DNA of 32,000 nt. Origin: Enterobacter sp. UNJFSC 003. Lineage in GTDB: Bacteria; Pseudomonadota; Gammaproteobacteria; Enterobacterales; Enterobacteriaceae. The stretch covers positions 43,812-75,811 of the forward strand of contig NZ_JBAKHK010000016.1 of the NCBI RefSeq assembly GCF_036903355.1, in the 5' to 3' direction. Below are positions 11,817 through 21,353 of the stretch, one piece after another. Within the stretch, counting starts at the first letter, position 1. Every line of letters begins with the position of its first letter. The translations under genes were made by a program, and so were the position numbers. The notes under the pieces were generated by a model. The model was not told where the DNA came from. It did no database searches and saw only the letters and a list, made by a program, of their open reading frames with translations.

Positions 11817-12076
11817 GATAAGTCTCCTTGTCGATGCACTGCAAACGGGGTTGCAGGTCACAGGGTTAGCAGGTTAATAGTTACCACAAGTCAGGCTTGC
11901 GAGATGCAACTGAGAATACCACTTTCTCCAGTGGCTGGTAGCATAAAGCATGTAAAAACTCAGGCCCGGGGCCCTAAACACTGGTTTTTAGTGCGTCAGA
12001 TCTCTATAATCTCGCGCAACCTATTTCCCCCTCGAACACTTTTTAAGCCGTATACAAACAGGCTGGGACACTTCAC

Positions 12077-12535
12077 ATGAGCGAAAAATACGTCGTCACC
12101 TGGGACATGTTGCAGATTCATGCACGCAAACTGGCTGCGCGTCTGATGCCTTCCGAACAGTGGAAAGGCATTATTGCCGTTAGCCGCGGCGGTCTGGTAC
12201 CGGGAGCGCTGCTGGCACGTGAGCTGGGTATTCGTCATGTCGATACCGTTTGCATCTCCAGCTATGACCATGACAACCAGCGCGAGCTGACTGTGCTGAA
12301 ACGCGCAGAAGGCGACGGTGAAGGTTTCATCGTTATCGATGACTTGGTCGATACCGGCGGTACCGCGGTTGCGATCCGTGAAATGTATCCAAAAGCGCAT
12401 TTCGTTACTATCTTCGCCAAACCTGCGGGTCGCCCACTGGTTGACGATTACGTGATTGATATCCCACAGGATACCTGGATTGAACAGCCATGGGATATGG
12501 GCGTGGTCTTCGTACCGCCTATTTCAGGCCGTTAA
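12077..12535 (+). CDS. gpt: Xanthine-guanine phosphoribosyltransferase
   Basis: The 152-aa ORF begins [20 protein letters not shown] and contains the PRPP-binding motif [13 protein letters not shown]. Confidence 0.96.
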   Translation: MSEKYVVTWDMLQIHARKLAARLMPSEQWKGIIAVSRGGLVPGALLARELGIRHVDTVCISSYDHDNQRELTVLKRAEGDGEGFIVIDDLVDTGGTAVAIREMYPKAHFVTIFAKPAGRPLVDDYVIDIPQDTWIEQPWDMGVVFVPPISGR

Positions 12536-12554
12536 TACCAGTACGTAACTTTAC

Positions 12555-12585
12555 ACGCCCGGCTATGCCGGGCGTTGTTCTTTTT
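12555..12585 (+). terminator. Rho-independent terminator after gpt
   Basis: ACGCCCGGC-tat-GCCGGGCGT is a 9-bp stem followed by the T-rich tract TGTTCTTTTT. Confidence 0.7.
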
Positions 12586-12639
12586 AGTCTGCAGCGCGTT
12601 ACAATAGTCTCTATATGACGTATCCATGGAGGCAACGCA

Positions 12640-13884
12640 ATGACGCAGGCGAATCTCACCGAGACTCTCTTCAAACCCCGTTTTAAGCACCCTGAAACGT
12701 CGACGCTGGTGCGTCGTTTTAATCCGGGTACCATGCCTGCCGTCCAGTCTGCCTTAGACGGTAAAAATGTGCCCCACTGGTATCGCATGATTAACCGTCT
12801 GATGTGGATTTGGCGCGGCATTGATCCCCGTGAAATCCTCGACGTGCAGGCGCGTATCGTCATGAGTGAAGCCGAACGTACCGACAGCGAACTCTATGAT
12901 ACGGTTGTCGGCTATCGCGGCGGCAACTGGATCTATGAATGGTCCAAACAGGCGATGCTTTGGCAGCAGAAAGCCAGCCAGGAGGAGGACGCCGCGCTCA
13001 GCGGAAAACAGTGGCTGCATGCGGCCAACCTCTACGCCATCGCCGCGTATCCGCATTTAAAAGGTGATGAACTGGCTGAACAGGCTCAGGCGCTGGCGAA
13101 TCGTGCCTATGAAGAGGCGGCCCAGCGTCTGCCGGGTCAAATGCGCGAGCTTGAGTTCACGATCCCCGACGGTGCGCCCGTCACCGGATTCCTGCATATG
13201 CCCGAAGGCGACGGCCCATTCCCGACCGTGCTCATGTGCGGCGGTCTGGATTCTCTGCAAATCGACTACTACAGCCTGTTTGAGCGTTACTTCGCACCAA
13301 AAGGGATCGCGATGCTGACGCTTGATATGCCATCAATTGGTTTCTCATCAAAGTGGAAGCTGACTCAGGATTCGAGCCTGTTGCACCAGCATGCGTTAAA
13401 AGCGCTGGAAAATATTCCCTGGGTTGACCATACGCGCGTGGCGGCATTTGGCTTCCGTTTTGGCGCTAACGTCGCGGTACGTCTGGCGTATCTTGAATCG
13501 TCGCGCCTGAAGGCCGTAGCCTGCCTTGGCCCGGTGGTCCACGCCTTGCTTAGCGACCCGGCGCGTCAGGGCAGCGTGCCAGAGATGTATCTCGACGTGC
13601 TGGCCAGCCGTCTTGGCATGCATGATGCATCAGATGAAGCGCTGCGCGTTGAGCTCAATCGCTATTCGTTAAAAACGCAGGGTTTACTGGGACGCCGATG
13701 CCCAACGCCGATGCTGTCAGGTTACTGGAAAAACGATCCTTTCAGCCCGGAAGAAGAGTCGAGGTTAATCACTTCGTCATCTGCGGATGGCAAGCTGCTT
13801 GAGGTTCCGTTCAGCCCGGTGTATCAGAATTTTGACAAAGCGTTAAAAGAGATTACCTGCTGGATCGCGCAGAGATTGTGTTAA
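12640..13884 (+). CDS. frsA: Fermentation/respiration switch protein FrsA (alpha/beta hydrolase esterase)
   Basis: The 414-aa ORF begins [27 protein letters not shown] and has a GGAGG SD. It sits in the conserved gpt-frsA-crl order. Confidence 0.93.
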   Translation: MTQANLTETLFKPRFKHPETSTLVRRFNPGTMPAVQSALDGKNVPHWYRMINRLMWIWRGIDPREILDVQARIVMSEAERTDSELYDTVVGYRGGNWIYEWSKQAMLWQQKASQEEDAALSGKQWLHAANLYAIAAYPHLKGDELAEQAQALANRAYEEAAQRLPGQMRELEFTIPDGAPVTGFLHMPEGDGPFPTVLMCGGLDSLQIDYYSLFERYFAPKGIAMLTLDMPSIGFSSKWKLTQDSSLLHQHALKALENIPWVDHTRVAAFGFRFGANVAVRLAYLESSRLKAVACLGPVVHALLSDPARQGSVPEMYLDVLASRLGMHDASDEALRVELNRYSLKTQGLLGRRCPTPMLSGYWKNDPFSPEEESRLITSSSADGKLLEVPFSPVYQNFDKALKEITCWIAQRLC

Positions 13885-13941
13885 GAGATTGCTAAATTTT
13901 GATGGTTTGGTAAAACAGTGGCTTCACAAAAGGAGATCGCA

Positions 13942-14343
13942 ATGACGTTACCGAGTGGACACCCGAAAAGTAGACTGATTAAGAAGTTCATGGCTCTTGG
14001 CCCGTATATTCGAGAAGAGCAGTGTGAAGAGAATCGCTTTTTTTTCGACTGCCTGGCTGTTTGCGTCAACGTGAAGCCTGCACCCGAAAAACGTGAGTTT
14101 TGGGGCTGGTGGATGGAAATGGAAGCACAGGAAAAACGCTTCACTTATAGCTATCAGTTTGGCCTGTTTAATAAAGACGGGTACTGGCAAGCCGCACCAA
14201 TCAAAGATCAGGAAGTTATCGATCGCCTGGAACATACGTTGAAAGAGTATTTGGGCAAGGCCACTGCGCTGCTGGCGACTCTGGACCTGAAGCTGGAACC
14301 GGCGGATGACTTTTCCAGCGAAGCGGTCAAGCTGACGGCGTAA
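13942..14343 (+). CDS. crl: Sigma-S-binding transcription factor Crl
   Basis: The ATG at 13942 follows an AAGGAG SD and gives [16 protein letters not shown]...[17 protein letters not shown]...EFWGWWME, 133 aa. This matches E. coli Crl in sequence and length. Confidence 0.93.
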   Translation: MTLPSGHPKSRLIKKFMALGPYIREEQCEENRFFFDCLAVCVNVKPAPEKREFWGWWMEMEAQEKRFTYSYQFGLFNKDGYWQAAPIKDQEVIDRLEHTLKEYLGKATALLATLDLKLEPADDFSSEAVKLTA

Positions 14344-14364
14344 TGACGAACTCGTCCCACAGGA

Positions 14365-14395
14365 CAAAAAAACCGGCTCAATGCCGGTTTTTTTA
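14365..14395. terminator. Bidirectional rho-independent terminator between crl and phoE
   Basis: The stem AACCGGC-tcaat-GCCGGTT is flanked by an A-run upstream and a T-run downstream, so it can serve both convergent genes. Confidence 0.8.
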
Positions 14396-14406
14396 TTATC
14401 CAGGAA

Positions 14407-15459
14407 TCAGAACTGGTAGGTCATACCCAGGGCAACGATGTCATCGCTGCTCACAGCCAGTTTATTATTGTCATCGATCTGATTGATTTTATAATCAACA
14501 AACGCGGACATATTTTTGTTGAAATAATAGGTCGCGCCCACGTCGATATATTTCACGAGATCCTCGTCACCGATACCTTCGATATCTTTGCCCTTAGATT
14601 GTACGTAGCCCAGGGATGGACGCAGACCGAAATCAAATTGATATTGCGCGACAACTTCGAAGTTCTGCGCTTTATTCGCAAAACCACCCGAAATTGGCGT
14701 CATATTGCGGGTTTCAGAATACATCGCCGCCAGATAGATATCGTTCGCGTCATATTTCAGACCGGTCGCCCATGCTTCCGCTTTTTTGCCTTCGCCGCGC
14801 GTCAGCAGGTTCTGAGCGTTGGTACGGTCAGAGTTCGTGTACGCGCCGCTGACGGCGAAGTCGCTGCCGCCGATGTCATAAGTCAGAGAGGTGCCAAAAC
14901 CGTCGCCGTTCTGTTTCTTGACGTCACGGTTTTCGTTTTTACCCTGGTACTGAAGGGTCATATCCAGGCCGTCAACCGCGCCGAAGAAGTCGGTGTTACG
15001 GTAGGTAGCCAGGCCGCTCGCGCGTTTGGTCATGAAGTTATCGGTCTGTGCAGAAGAGTCACCGCCAAATTCAGGGAACATATCGGTCCAGGCTTCCACG
15101 TCATACAGCGCGCCCAGGTTACGACCGTAATCCAGAGAACCAAAATCTTTGAGCTTCAGGCCCGCAAAGGCGAGACGCGTTTTCTGTGAAGAATCGCTCT
15201 CTGCTTTGTTGCCTGTAAATTCCGCTTCCCAACGGCCGTAGCCGGTCAGCTGATCGTTAATTTGTGTTTCACCTTTAAAGCCAAAACGAACGTAGGTCTG
15301 GTCACCGTCTTTAGAATCATCATCACTGATGTAGTGCATTGCCTTTACTTTTCCGTATACGTCCAGTTTATTACCGTTTTTATTATAAACTTCGGCCGCG
15401 TGAACAGATGCGGAAGCCACAACGCTCATTACCACTAATGCCAGAGTGCTCTTTTTCAT
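14407..15459 (-). CDS. phoE: Phosphate-starvation-inducible outer-membrane phosphoporin PhoE
   Basis: The 350-aa ORF begins [43 protein letters not shown] and ends in the C-terminal beta-signal GMTYQF. It is near-identical in pattern to E. coli PhoE. Confidence 0.95.
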   Translation of the reverse strand: MKKSTLALVVMSVVASASVHAAEVYNKNGNKLDVYGKVKAMHYISDDDSKDGDQTYVRFGFKGETQINDQLTGYGRWEAEFTGNKAESDSSQKTRLAFAGLKLKDFGSLDYGRNLGALYDVEAWTDMFPEFGGDSSAQTDNFMTKRASGLATYRNTDFFGAVDGLDMTLQYQGKNENRDVKKQNGDGFGTSLTYDIGGSDFAVSGAYTNSDRTNAQNLLTRGEGKKAEAWATGLKYDANDIYLAAMYSETRNMTPISGGFANKAQNFEVVAQYQFDFGLRPSLGYVQSKGKDIEGIGDEDLVKYIDVGATYYFNKNMSAFVDYKINQIDDNNKLAVSSDDIVALGMTYQF

Positions 15460-15554
15460 TTTCGATCCTGTCTTATAAACGCGCTAAAAAATTCGCTGGA
15501 CGATAAGCTCATGCTTCAGTCCCGTGAAAAAACAGAAAGGGTTGTAACGTTCTG

Positions 15555-15574
15555 GAATTAAAGTTTTATGACAA
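15555..15574 (-). promoter_or_regulatory. Putative Pho box (PhoB site) of the phoE promoter
   Basis: The minus strand reads TTGTCATAAAACTTTAATTC, which resembles the CTGTCATA-A/T-rich-CTGTCAT consensus, about 100 nt upstream of the phoE ATG. Only the first half-site matches well. Confidence 0.45.
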
Positions 15575-15763
15575 ACTAAGAATAATTTTAAAAAACTGTC
15601 ATTTATTATTTCGGTAATGAAAACGTCAAAATCTGCCGCTACGCTTCCTGATCCCGCGCAACAATGTGTTTCGCGATGTGCGAAGGCAGTTGGCAACGAG
15701 CCTGACACCTGTTAAAACGTCTGATTGACATCACTTTCCCTTATTGTTGAACGGCAGAGAATC

Positions 15764-16867
15764 ATGAGTGACAGCCAGACGCTGGTGGTAAAACTCGGTA
15801 CCAGTGTGTTAACAGGCGGATCGCGCCGCCTAAATCGCGCCCACATTGTTGAGCTTGTACGTCAGTGCGCTCAGTTACATGCCGCAGGGCATCGTATTGT
15901 GATTGTGACCTCCGGGGCGATTGCCGCCGGACGTGAACACCTGGGTTACCCCGAACTCCCCGCGACGATCGCTTCTAAACAGCTGCTGGCCGCCGTGGGG
16001 CAAAGCCGACTCATTCAACTTTGGGAGCAACTGTTCTCCATCTACGGCATTCACGTTGGGCAAATGCTGCTGACGCGTGCGGACATGGAAGACAGAGAAC
16101 GTTTCCTGAACGCGCGCGATACGCTGCGCGCGCTGCTCGACAACAACATCGTTCCGGTCATTAACGAGAACGATGCCGTTGCCACCGCTGAAATCAAAGT
16201 GGGTGATAACGACAACCTCTCTGCGCTGGCCGCGATCCTGGCCGGTGCCGATAAACTCCTGCTCCTGACCGACCAGCAGGGTCTGTTCACCGCAGACCCG
16301 CGCTCCAACCCGGAAGCCGAACTGATCAAAGACGTTCACGGCATCGACGATGCGCTGCGCGCCATCGCGGGCGATAGCGTGTCTGGCCTCGGTACGGGCG
16401 GCATGGGCACCAAGCTGCAGGCCGCAGACGTAGCGTGCCGCGCCGGTATCGACACCATCATTGCTGCGGGCAGCCGCCCTGGCGTGATTGGTGATGTCAT
16501 GGAAGGCATCTCCGTGGGCACCCGCTTCCACGCGCAGGCATCTCCCTTAGAAAACCGCAAACGCTGGATCTTCGGCGCGCCGCCAGCGGGCGAACTGACC
16601 GTTGATGAAGGGGCCACCGCCGCGATTCTGGAAAGAGGGAGTTCATTACTTCCTAAAGGAATTAAAAGCGTGACAGGCAACTTCTCGCGTGGTGAAGTGA
16701 TCCGGATCCGTAACCTCGAAGGCCGCGACATCGCGCACGGCGTAAGCCGCTATAACAGCGACGCGCTGCGCCGTATTGCGGGTCATCACTCGCAGCAGAT
16801 TGATGCCATTCTGGGCTATGAGTATGGCCCGGTTGCCGTTCATCGCGATGACATGATTATTCGTTAA
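15764..16867 (+). CDS. proB: Glutamate 5-kinase
   Basis: The ATG at 15764 gives [32 protein letters not shown], 367 aa, matching E. coli ProB in N-terminus and length. The ORF-track start at 15725 is 13 codons too early. Confidence 0.95.
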   Translation: MSDSQTLVVKLGTSVLTGGSRRLNRAHIVELVRQCAQLHAAGHRIVIVTSGAIAAGREHLGYPELPATIASKQLLAAVGQSRLIQLWEQLFSIYGIHVGQMLLTRADMEDRERFLNARDTLRALLDNNIVPVINENDAVATAEIKVGDNDNLSALAAILAGADKLLLLTDQQGLFTADPRSNPEAELIKDVHGIDDALRAIAGDSVSGLGTGGMGTKLQAADVACRAGIDTIIAAGSRPGVIGDVMEGISVGTRFHAQASPLENRKRWIFGAPPAGELTVDEGATAAILERGSSLLPKGIKSVTGNFSRGEVIRIRNLEGRDIAHGVSRYNSDALRRIAGHHSQQIDAILGYEYGPVAVHRDDMIIR

Positions 16868-16877
16868 GGAGCAGAAC

Positions 16878-18131
16878 ATGCTGGAACAAATGGGCGCAGC
16901 CGCGAAGGCCGCCTCTTACAAACTGGCGCTCCTTTCCAGCCGCGAGAAAAACCGTGTGCTGGAAAAAATCGCTGACTACCTTGAATCGCAATCCGCTGAG
17001 ATTTTGCGTGCCAATGAACAAGATTTAGCGGAAGCGCGTGAAAATGGCCTGAGCGACGCAATGCTCGACCGCCTGGCGCTCAACCCGGCTCGCCTGAAGA
17101 GTATCGCCGACGATGTTCGTCAGGTCTGTAATCTGGCCGATCCGGTTGGGCAGGTGATCGACGGTGGCCTGCTCGACAGCGGTTTGCGTCTGGAGCGTCG
17201 CCGCGTGCCGCTCGGCGTCATCGGCGTGATTTATGAAGCCCGTCCAAACGTGACGGTTGATGTGGCGTCCCTGTGCCTTAAAACCGGTAACGCCGCCATT
17301 TTGCGCGGCGGTAAAGAGACCTGGCGCACCAACGCCGCAACGGTAAACGTTATCCAGCAGGCGCTGGAAGAGTGTGGCTTACCGGCAGGCGCCGTGCAGG
17401 CGATCGAAAGTCCGGACCGCGCGCTGGTGAACGAGATGCTGCGCATGGACAAATACATCGACATGCTGATCCCACGCGGCGGCGCGGGCCTGCACAAGCT
17501 GTGCCGCGAGCAGTCGACGATTCCGGTGATCACCGGCGGTATTGGCGTGTGCCATATTGTGGTTGATGACAGCGCCGAGATTGAACCGGCGTTGAAGATT
17601 ATCGTGAATGCCAAAACCCAGCGTCCAAGCACCTGCAACACGGTGGAAACGCTGCTGGTGCATCAGGGCATCGCGAGCACCTTCCTGCCAGCCCTAAGCG
17701 CGCAGATGGCGGAGAGCGGCGTTACCCTGCACGCCGACGCTAACGCTCTGGCGCTGCTGAAAGACGGCCCGGCGACCGTGGTTCCGGTAAATGCGGAGCA
17801 GTACGACGACGAGTTTCTGTCACTGGATTTGAACGTGAAGGTGGTTGCGGATCTCGACGACGCTATTGCGCACATCCGTGAACATGGCACCCAGCACTCA
17901 GATGCGATCCTGACGCGCACCCTGCGTAACGCCAATCGCTTCGTGAACGAAGTCGATTCATCTGCCGTGTACGTGAATGCGTCAACCCGCTTTACCGACG
18001 GGGGACAGTTCGGCTTGGGCGCAGAAGTGGCTGTCAGCACGCAGAAACTGCATGCGCGCGGTCCGATGGGGCTGGAAGCACTGACCACCTACAAGTGGAT
18101 CGGCTTCGGCGACGATACGATTCGTGCCTAA
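16878..18131 (+). CDS. proA: Gamma-glutamyl phosphate reductase
   Basis: The 417-aa ORF begins [36 protein letters not shown] and starts 10 nt after proB. Confidence 0.95.
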   Translation: MLEQMGAAAKAASYKLALLSSREKNRVLEKIADYLESQSAEILRANEQDLAEARENGLSDAMLDRLALNPARLKSIADDVRQVCNLADPVGQVIDGGLLDSGLRLERRRVPLGVIGVIYEARPNVTVDVASLCLKTGNAAILRGGKETWRTNAATVNVIQQALEECGLPAGAVQAIESPDRALVNEMLRMDKYIDMLIPRGGAGLHKLCREQSTIPVITGGIGVCHIVVDDSAEIEPALKIIVNAKTQRPSTCNTVETLLVHQGIASTFLPALSAQMAESGVTLHADANALALLKDGPATVVPVNAEQYDDEFLSLDLNVKVVADLDDAIAHIREHGTQHSDAILTRTLRNANRFVNEVDSSAVYVNASTRFTDGGQFGLGAEVAVSTQKLHARGPMGLEALTTYKWIGFGDDTIRA

Positions 18132-18176
18132 ATAAGCGTGGGTGATGCAAAAATAGCCGTTTGATTTAAAAGGGCA

Positions 18177-18205
18177 TTGACGCATCACCCCGTTAGATCT
18201 ACTCT
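18177..18205 (+). promoter_or_regulatory. Candidate sigma70 promoter for tRNA-Thr
   Basis: TTGACG (18177-18182), a 17-nt spacer and TACTCT (18200-18205) sit about 40 nt upstream of the tRNA 5' end. The -10 element is weak. Confidence 0.35.
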
Positions 18206-18242
18206 TTTGCCCCGTGGTTACGCTCGTAACCGGCCTCTCAGG

Positions 18243-18318
18243 GCCGATATAGCTCAGTTGGTAGAGCAGCGCATTCGTAATGCGAAGGTCGTAGGTTCGA
18301 CTCCTATTATCGGCACCA
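18243..18318 (+). tRNA. thrW: tRNA-Thr (anticodon CGU)
   Basis: The 76-nt sequence GCCGATATAGCTCAGTTGGTAGAGCAGCGCATTCGTAATGCGAAGGTCGTAGGTTCGACTCCTATTATCGGCACCA folds as a cloverleaf. It has a 7-bp acceptor stem (GCCGATA/TATCGGC), the anticodon loop TTCGTAA, a GGTTCGA T-loop and an encoded CCA. Its position after proA matches E. coli thrW, a known island integration site. Confidence 0.95.
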
Positions 18319-18320
18319 CC
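18302..18320 (+). repeat. attL core (3' end of tRNA-Thr)
   Basis: TCCTATTATCGGCACCACC recurs at 30769-30786 with a single-base deletion. Confidence 0.85.
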
Positions 18321-18430
18321 CCAACTTCCTCAAACGTCCGTAACCATCCATAACCTCTCTGATTTATAACGTTTTTACTGCATCTTCAATCCGTGTTAGT
18401 CCATAACCATCCAGTAGAATCCGGTACTGA

Positions 18431-19663
18431 ATGTGTATAGGATTGTGTATATGTTCCTGTTCGGTCTTGGATTCCTATACACAGCCTTTAAACGATATGC
18501 AGATTCGTCGCGCTAAGCCTGAAGATAAACCCTATACGCTTGGGGATGGGCAAGGCTTGTCATTGCTCATAGAACCTAATGGAAGCAAGAGCTGGCGGTT
18601 CCGCTATCGCTATGCTGGTAAACCCAAAATGATCTCGCTTGGGGTTTACCCAACGATCACCCTTGCTGATGCTCGTTCCCGTCGCGATGAAGCTCGAAAA
18701 CTTGTGGCAGAAGGAAAGAACCCTAGTGAGGTTCGAAAAGAGCAAAAGTTGGCTCTGCAAACAGAGTCAGAGAACGCCTTCGAAAATATAGCGAGAGAGT
18801 GGCATCACCTTAAATCTGCTAAATGGTCGGTGGGATATGCATCAGACATCATGGAAGCGTTTAATAACGACATTTTTCCTTATGTCGGAACAAGGCCAGT
18901 GGGAGAGATTAAACCGTTAGAGCTGCTGAACGTTCTGCGTAAAATTGAGAAACGTGGTGCGTTGGAGAAAATGCGAAAAGTTAGGCAGCGTTGCTCAGAG
19001 GTGTTTCGCTACGCAATTGCGACAGGTAGGGCGGAGTACAATCCTGCGGCGGATCTCTCCAGCGCTCTCGAAGTACACCAATCCAATCATTTCCCATTCC
19101 TAAAAGCTGATGAGATACCTGATTTTCTGCGTGCCTTAGAGGGTTATACCGGGAGTAAGCTTGTCCAGATAGCCACGAAATTACTGATGATTACAGGCGT
19201 GAGAACCATCGAATTACGTGCGGCATTATGGCAAGAATTTGATCTGGATAACGGTATTTGGGAAATTCCTGCTGAAAGGATGAAAATGCGTAGGCCACAT
19301 CTTGTGCCACTATCGACTCAAGCGTTAAATTTACTCCATGAACTCAAAATCATGACAGGGAACTATCGTTATGTTTTTCCGGGGCGGAATGATCCGAACA
19401 AACCTATGAGTGAAGCGAGTATAAATCAAGTCATTAAACGGATTGGATATAGCGGGAAAGTCACTGGTCATGGATTCAGGCATATGATGTCAACCATTCT
19501 TCATGAAAATAATTATGACTCTAAATGGATAGAGCTTCAACTAGCGCATGTTGATAAAAATTCTATTAGAGGGACATATAATCATGCTCAGTATATTTCT
19601 CAGCGTCGTACAATGTTAGATTTTTACTCATCATTTATTTTAAGGAATGATCATGCATATTGA
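18431..19663 (+). CDS. int: P4-type tyrosine integrase (DUF4102 N-terminal arm-binding domain plus phage_integrase catalytic domain)
   Basis: The product contains LNDMQIRRAKPEDKPYTLGDGQGLSLLIEPNGSKSWRFRYRYAGK, which aligns with the P4 Int N-terminus as I recall it (MKLNARQVETAKPKDKTY). Catalytic residues are present: TGVRTIELR, HGFRHM and RGTYNHAQY. The start is uncertain: ATG 18431, TTG 18467 or ATG 18497, with the first two overlapping the repeat motifs. Confidence 0.92.
   Translation: MCIGLCICSCSVLDSYTQPLNDMQIRRAKPEDKPYTLGDGQGLSLLIEPNGSKSWRFRYRYAGKPKMISLGVYPTITLADARSRRDEARKLVAEGKNPSEVRKEQKLALQTESENAFENIAREWHHLKSAKWSVGYASDIMEAFNNDIFPYVGTRPVGEIKPLELLNVLRKIEKRGALEKMRKVRQRCSEVFRYAIATGRAEYNPAADLSSALEVHQSNHFPFLKADEIPDFLRALEGYTGSKLVQIATKLLMITGVRTIELRAALWQEFDLDNGIWEIPAERMKMRRPHLVPLSTQALNLLHELKIMTGNYRYVFPGRNDPNKPMSEASINQVIKRIGYSGKVTGHGFRHMMSTILHENNYDSKWIELQLAHVDKNSIRGTYNHAQYISQRRTMLDFYSSFILRNDHAY
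18432..18483. repeat. Candidate integrase arm-type sites (TGTGTATAGG family), attL side
   Basis: The copies are TGTGTATAGG (18432-18441), TGTGTATATG (18444-18453) and the inverted CCTATACACA (18474-18483). The same 10-mer occurs twice next to attR. Confidence 0.6.
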
Positions 19664-21353
19664 GACGGTTACTCTTAAAGGATTCAGGAATTACTCTAAT
19701 GCTACTATAAATTTTGAACCTTCTACATTAATTATAGGTGCAAATGATGTTGGAAAAACAAATCTAGTCTACGCAATAAGAATGTTGCTTGACAAAAGTA
19801 TTTCTGAATTAGATTTAGAGCCAAAAGCTAATGACTTCCATGTAAACATCAATGGTGATACTGTTGATGAATTACAAGTAATAATAAAATTCAAAAATGT
19901 CGATAAAGATGCTGTCGTATCAAAACTAAATGGATATGTTAGCGATGAAAAAAACACCTATATAAAATATGTAGCTTATCGAAATGATTTATCATATAAA
20001 ATATTTATTGGCCATAATGAAGATAGTTATGATGAAATAACTTCAAGGTTCTATTTGAAATATCTTAGTATGAGATATATTAAATCGCAAAGAGATTTGG
20101 ATAAATATATCAGCATAGAAAAGAGGCATCTTCTAAGGCTTGCTCAAGAAAATAGAGAACAACCGCAAGTTGATAGCGATCAACAATCTCTTAGAGATTT
20201 AAATGAACTATTAGAAAATGTTAACTCTAAAGTTAAAGAAATAAGCTATGTCAAACAGGCAACAGCTGAACTTAATTCAGAGTTAAGAAAGCTTTCATAC
20301 AACTATGAACGCTTAAATATTGAATTGGATTCAGGCGCAATAGGTGTTGATCAGTTCATAGAAAAGTTAGAATTAAGTTCAAACTCAAATGGACATAAAC
20401 TCCTTCTTGGCGGTGATGGATTAAATAATCAGATATTATTAGCTCTCTGGAAGTCAAAAAGTGTCAGGGAACATGACGAAAATAGTGAGGTTGTAATATA
20501 TTGTATTGAGGAACCGGAGGCGCACTTATACCCTCATCAACAACGTAAATTATCTGAGTATCTTACAAGTAAATTACCTGGGCAATCAATTGTAACAACA
20601 CATTCACCTCAAATAGCTGTAAATTATCAGCCAGATTCAATTATAAAAATATACTCTCATAATGGAGCATCTTTTGCAGCAAGTAATGGATGTTCAAAAT
20701 GTGTAAGCCAGGCTTGGGATAAGATGGGCTATCGCATAAGCATCATTCCTGCAGAAGCATTCTTTGCCGATGTGGTTTTTTTAGTTGAAGGCCCCTCTGA
20801 GTTGATTTTCTATAACGAATTAGCAAAAGCTATAGGATATAATTTAGATTTCTATAATATAAGTATTTTGTCAGTTGATGGAGTACAATTTGAGGTTTAT
20901 ACAAATATATTAAAAGCTTTTAATATAAAATATGTTGTTAGGACTGATAATGATGCTGGAAAGGTCCCTCATAAAGATGAATATCAATATTCAGGAATCA
21001 ATAGAAGTCGCCATTTATGTGGGCTTCCACCGTTAAAAAATGAATTGGCAAAAATAGAACAATCTCAATTAAATAAGCAGTGGATTGTGCAGTCACCAAT
21101 TTTAAATGCATGTGCTGTTTTTCTATCATTTACAGATCTTGAGGGCGATTTATGTCAGGAGTTTTCAGCACATGTCCTTGAATATAGCGGTAAGAGTAAT
21201 ATAAATGAAGCTGCTAATTATTTGAGAGATAAAAAGGCAACGCGTATGCGTGAATTGATAGCTCTTAAGAGGGTAAATCTACCTGAACTTGCAACTGGAG
21301 ATCTCGTTCGGCCATTGCTTAAGGCTATCTCTTTAGCTAAAGGTGAAATATAA
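19653..21353 (+). CDS. gajA: GajA-like OLD-family ATPase / TOPRIM endonuclease (Gabija component A)
   Basis: The N-terminus MHIETVTLKGFRNYSNATINFEPSTLIIGANDVGKTNLVYAIRMLLDK carries an ABC/AAA_15 Walker A and closely resembles the GajA N-terminus as I remember it. It also has the Walker B/D-loop VIYCIEEPEAHLYPHQQR, the TOPRIM Glu motif VVFLVEGPSE and VRTDND (DxD). I prefer the ATG at 19653 (AAGGA SD 6-7 nt upstream) over 19647. The product is about 566 aa. Confidence 0.85.
   Translation: MHIETVTLKGFRNYSNATINFEPSTLIIGANDVGKTNLVYAIRMLLDKSISELDLEPKANDFHVNINGDTVDELQVIIKFKNVDKDAVVSKLNGYVSDEKNTYIKYVAYRNDLSYKIFIGHNEDSYDEITSRFYLKYLSMRYIKSQRDLDKYISIEKRHLLRLAQENREQPQVDSDQQSLRDLNELLENVNSKVKEISYVKQATAELNSELRKLSYNYERLNIELDSGAIGVDQFIEKLELSSNSNGHKLLLGGDGLNNQILLALWKSKSVREHDENSEVVIYCIEEPEAHLYPHQQRKLSEYLTSKLPGQSIVTTHSPQIAVNYQPDSIIKIYSHNGASFAASNGCSKCVSQAWDKMGYRISIIPAEAFFADVVFLVEGPSELIFYNELAKAIGYNLDFYNISILSVDGVQFEVYTNILKAFNIKYVVRTDNDAGKVPHKDEYQYSGINRSRHLCGLPPLKNELAKIEQSQLNKQWIVQSPILNACAVFLSFTDLEGDLCQEFSAHVLEYSGKSNINEAANYLRDKKATRMRELIALKRVNLPELATGDLVRPLLKAISLAKGEI

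Noticed and set aside
18140-18190. 9-bp inverted repeat GGGTGATGC ... GCATCACCC after proA
   Set aside because: The 33-nt loop makes it a poor terminator, and the right arm overlaps the putative thrW promoter. Its function is unclear and it sits in ordinary core sequence.
19653-21353. Alternative reading of the OLD-like ATPase as PARIS AriA or a generic class-1 OLD nuclease
   Set aside because: The TOPRIM domain is fused in the same polypeptide and the partner is a UvrD-type helicase rather than a DUF4435/TOPRIM AriB. That is the Gabija (class-2 OLD) arrangement.
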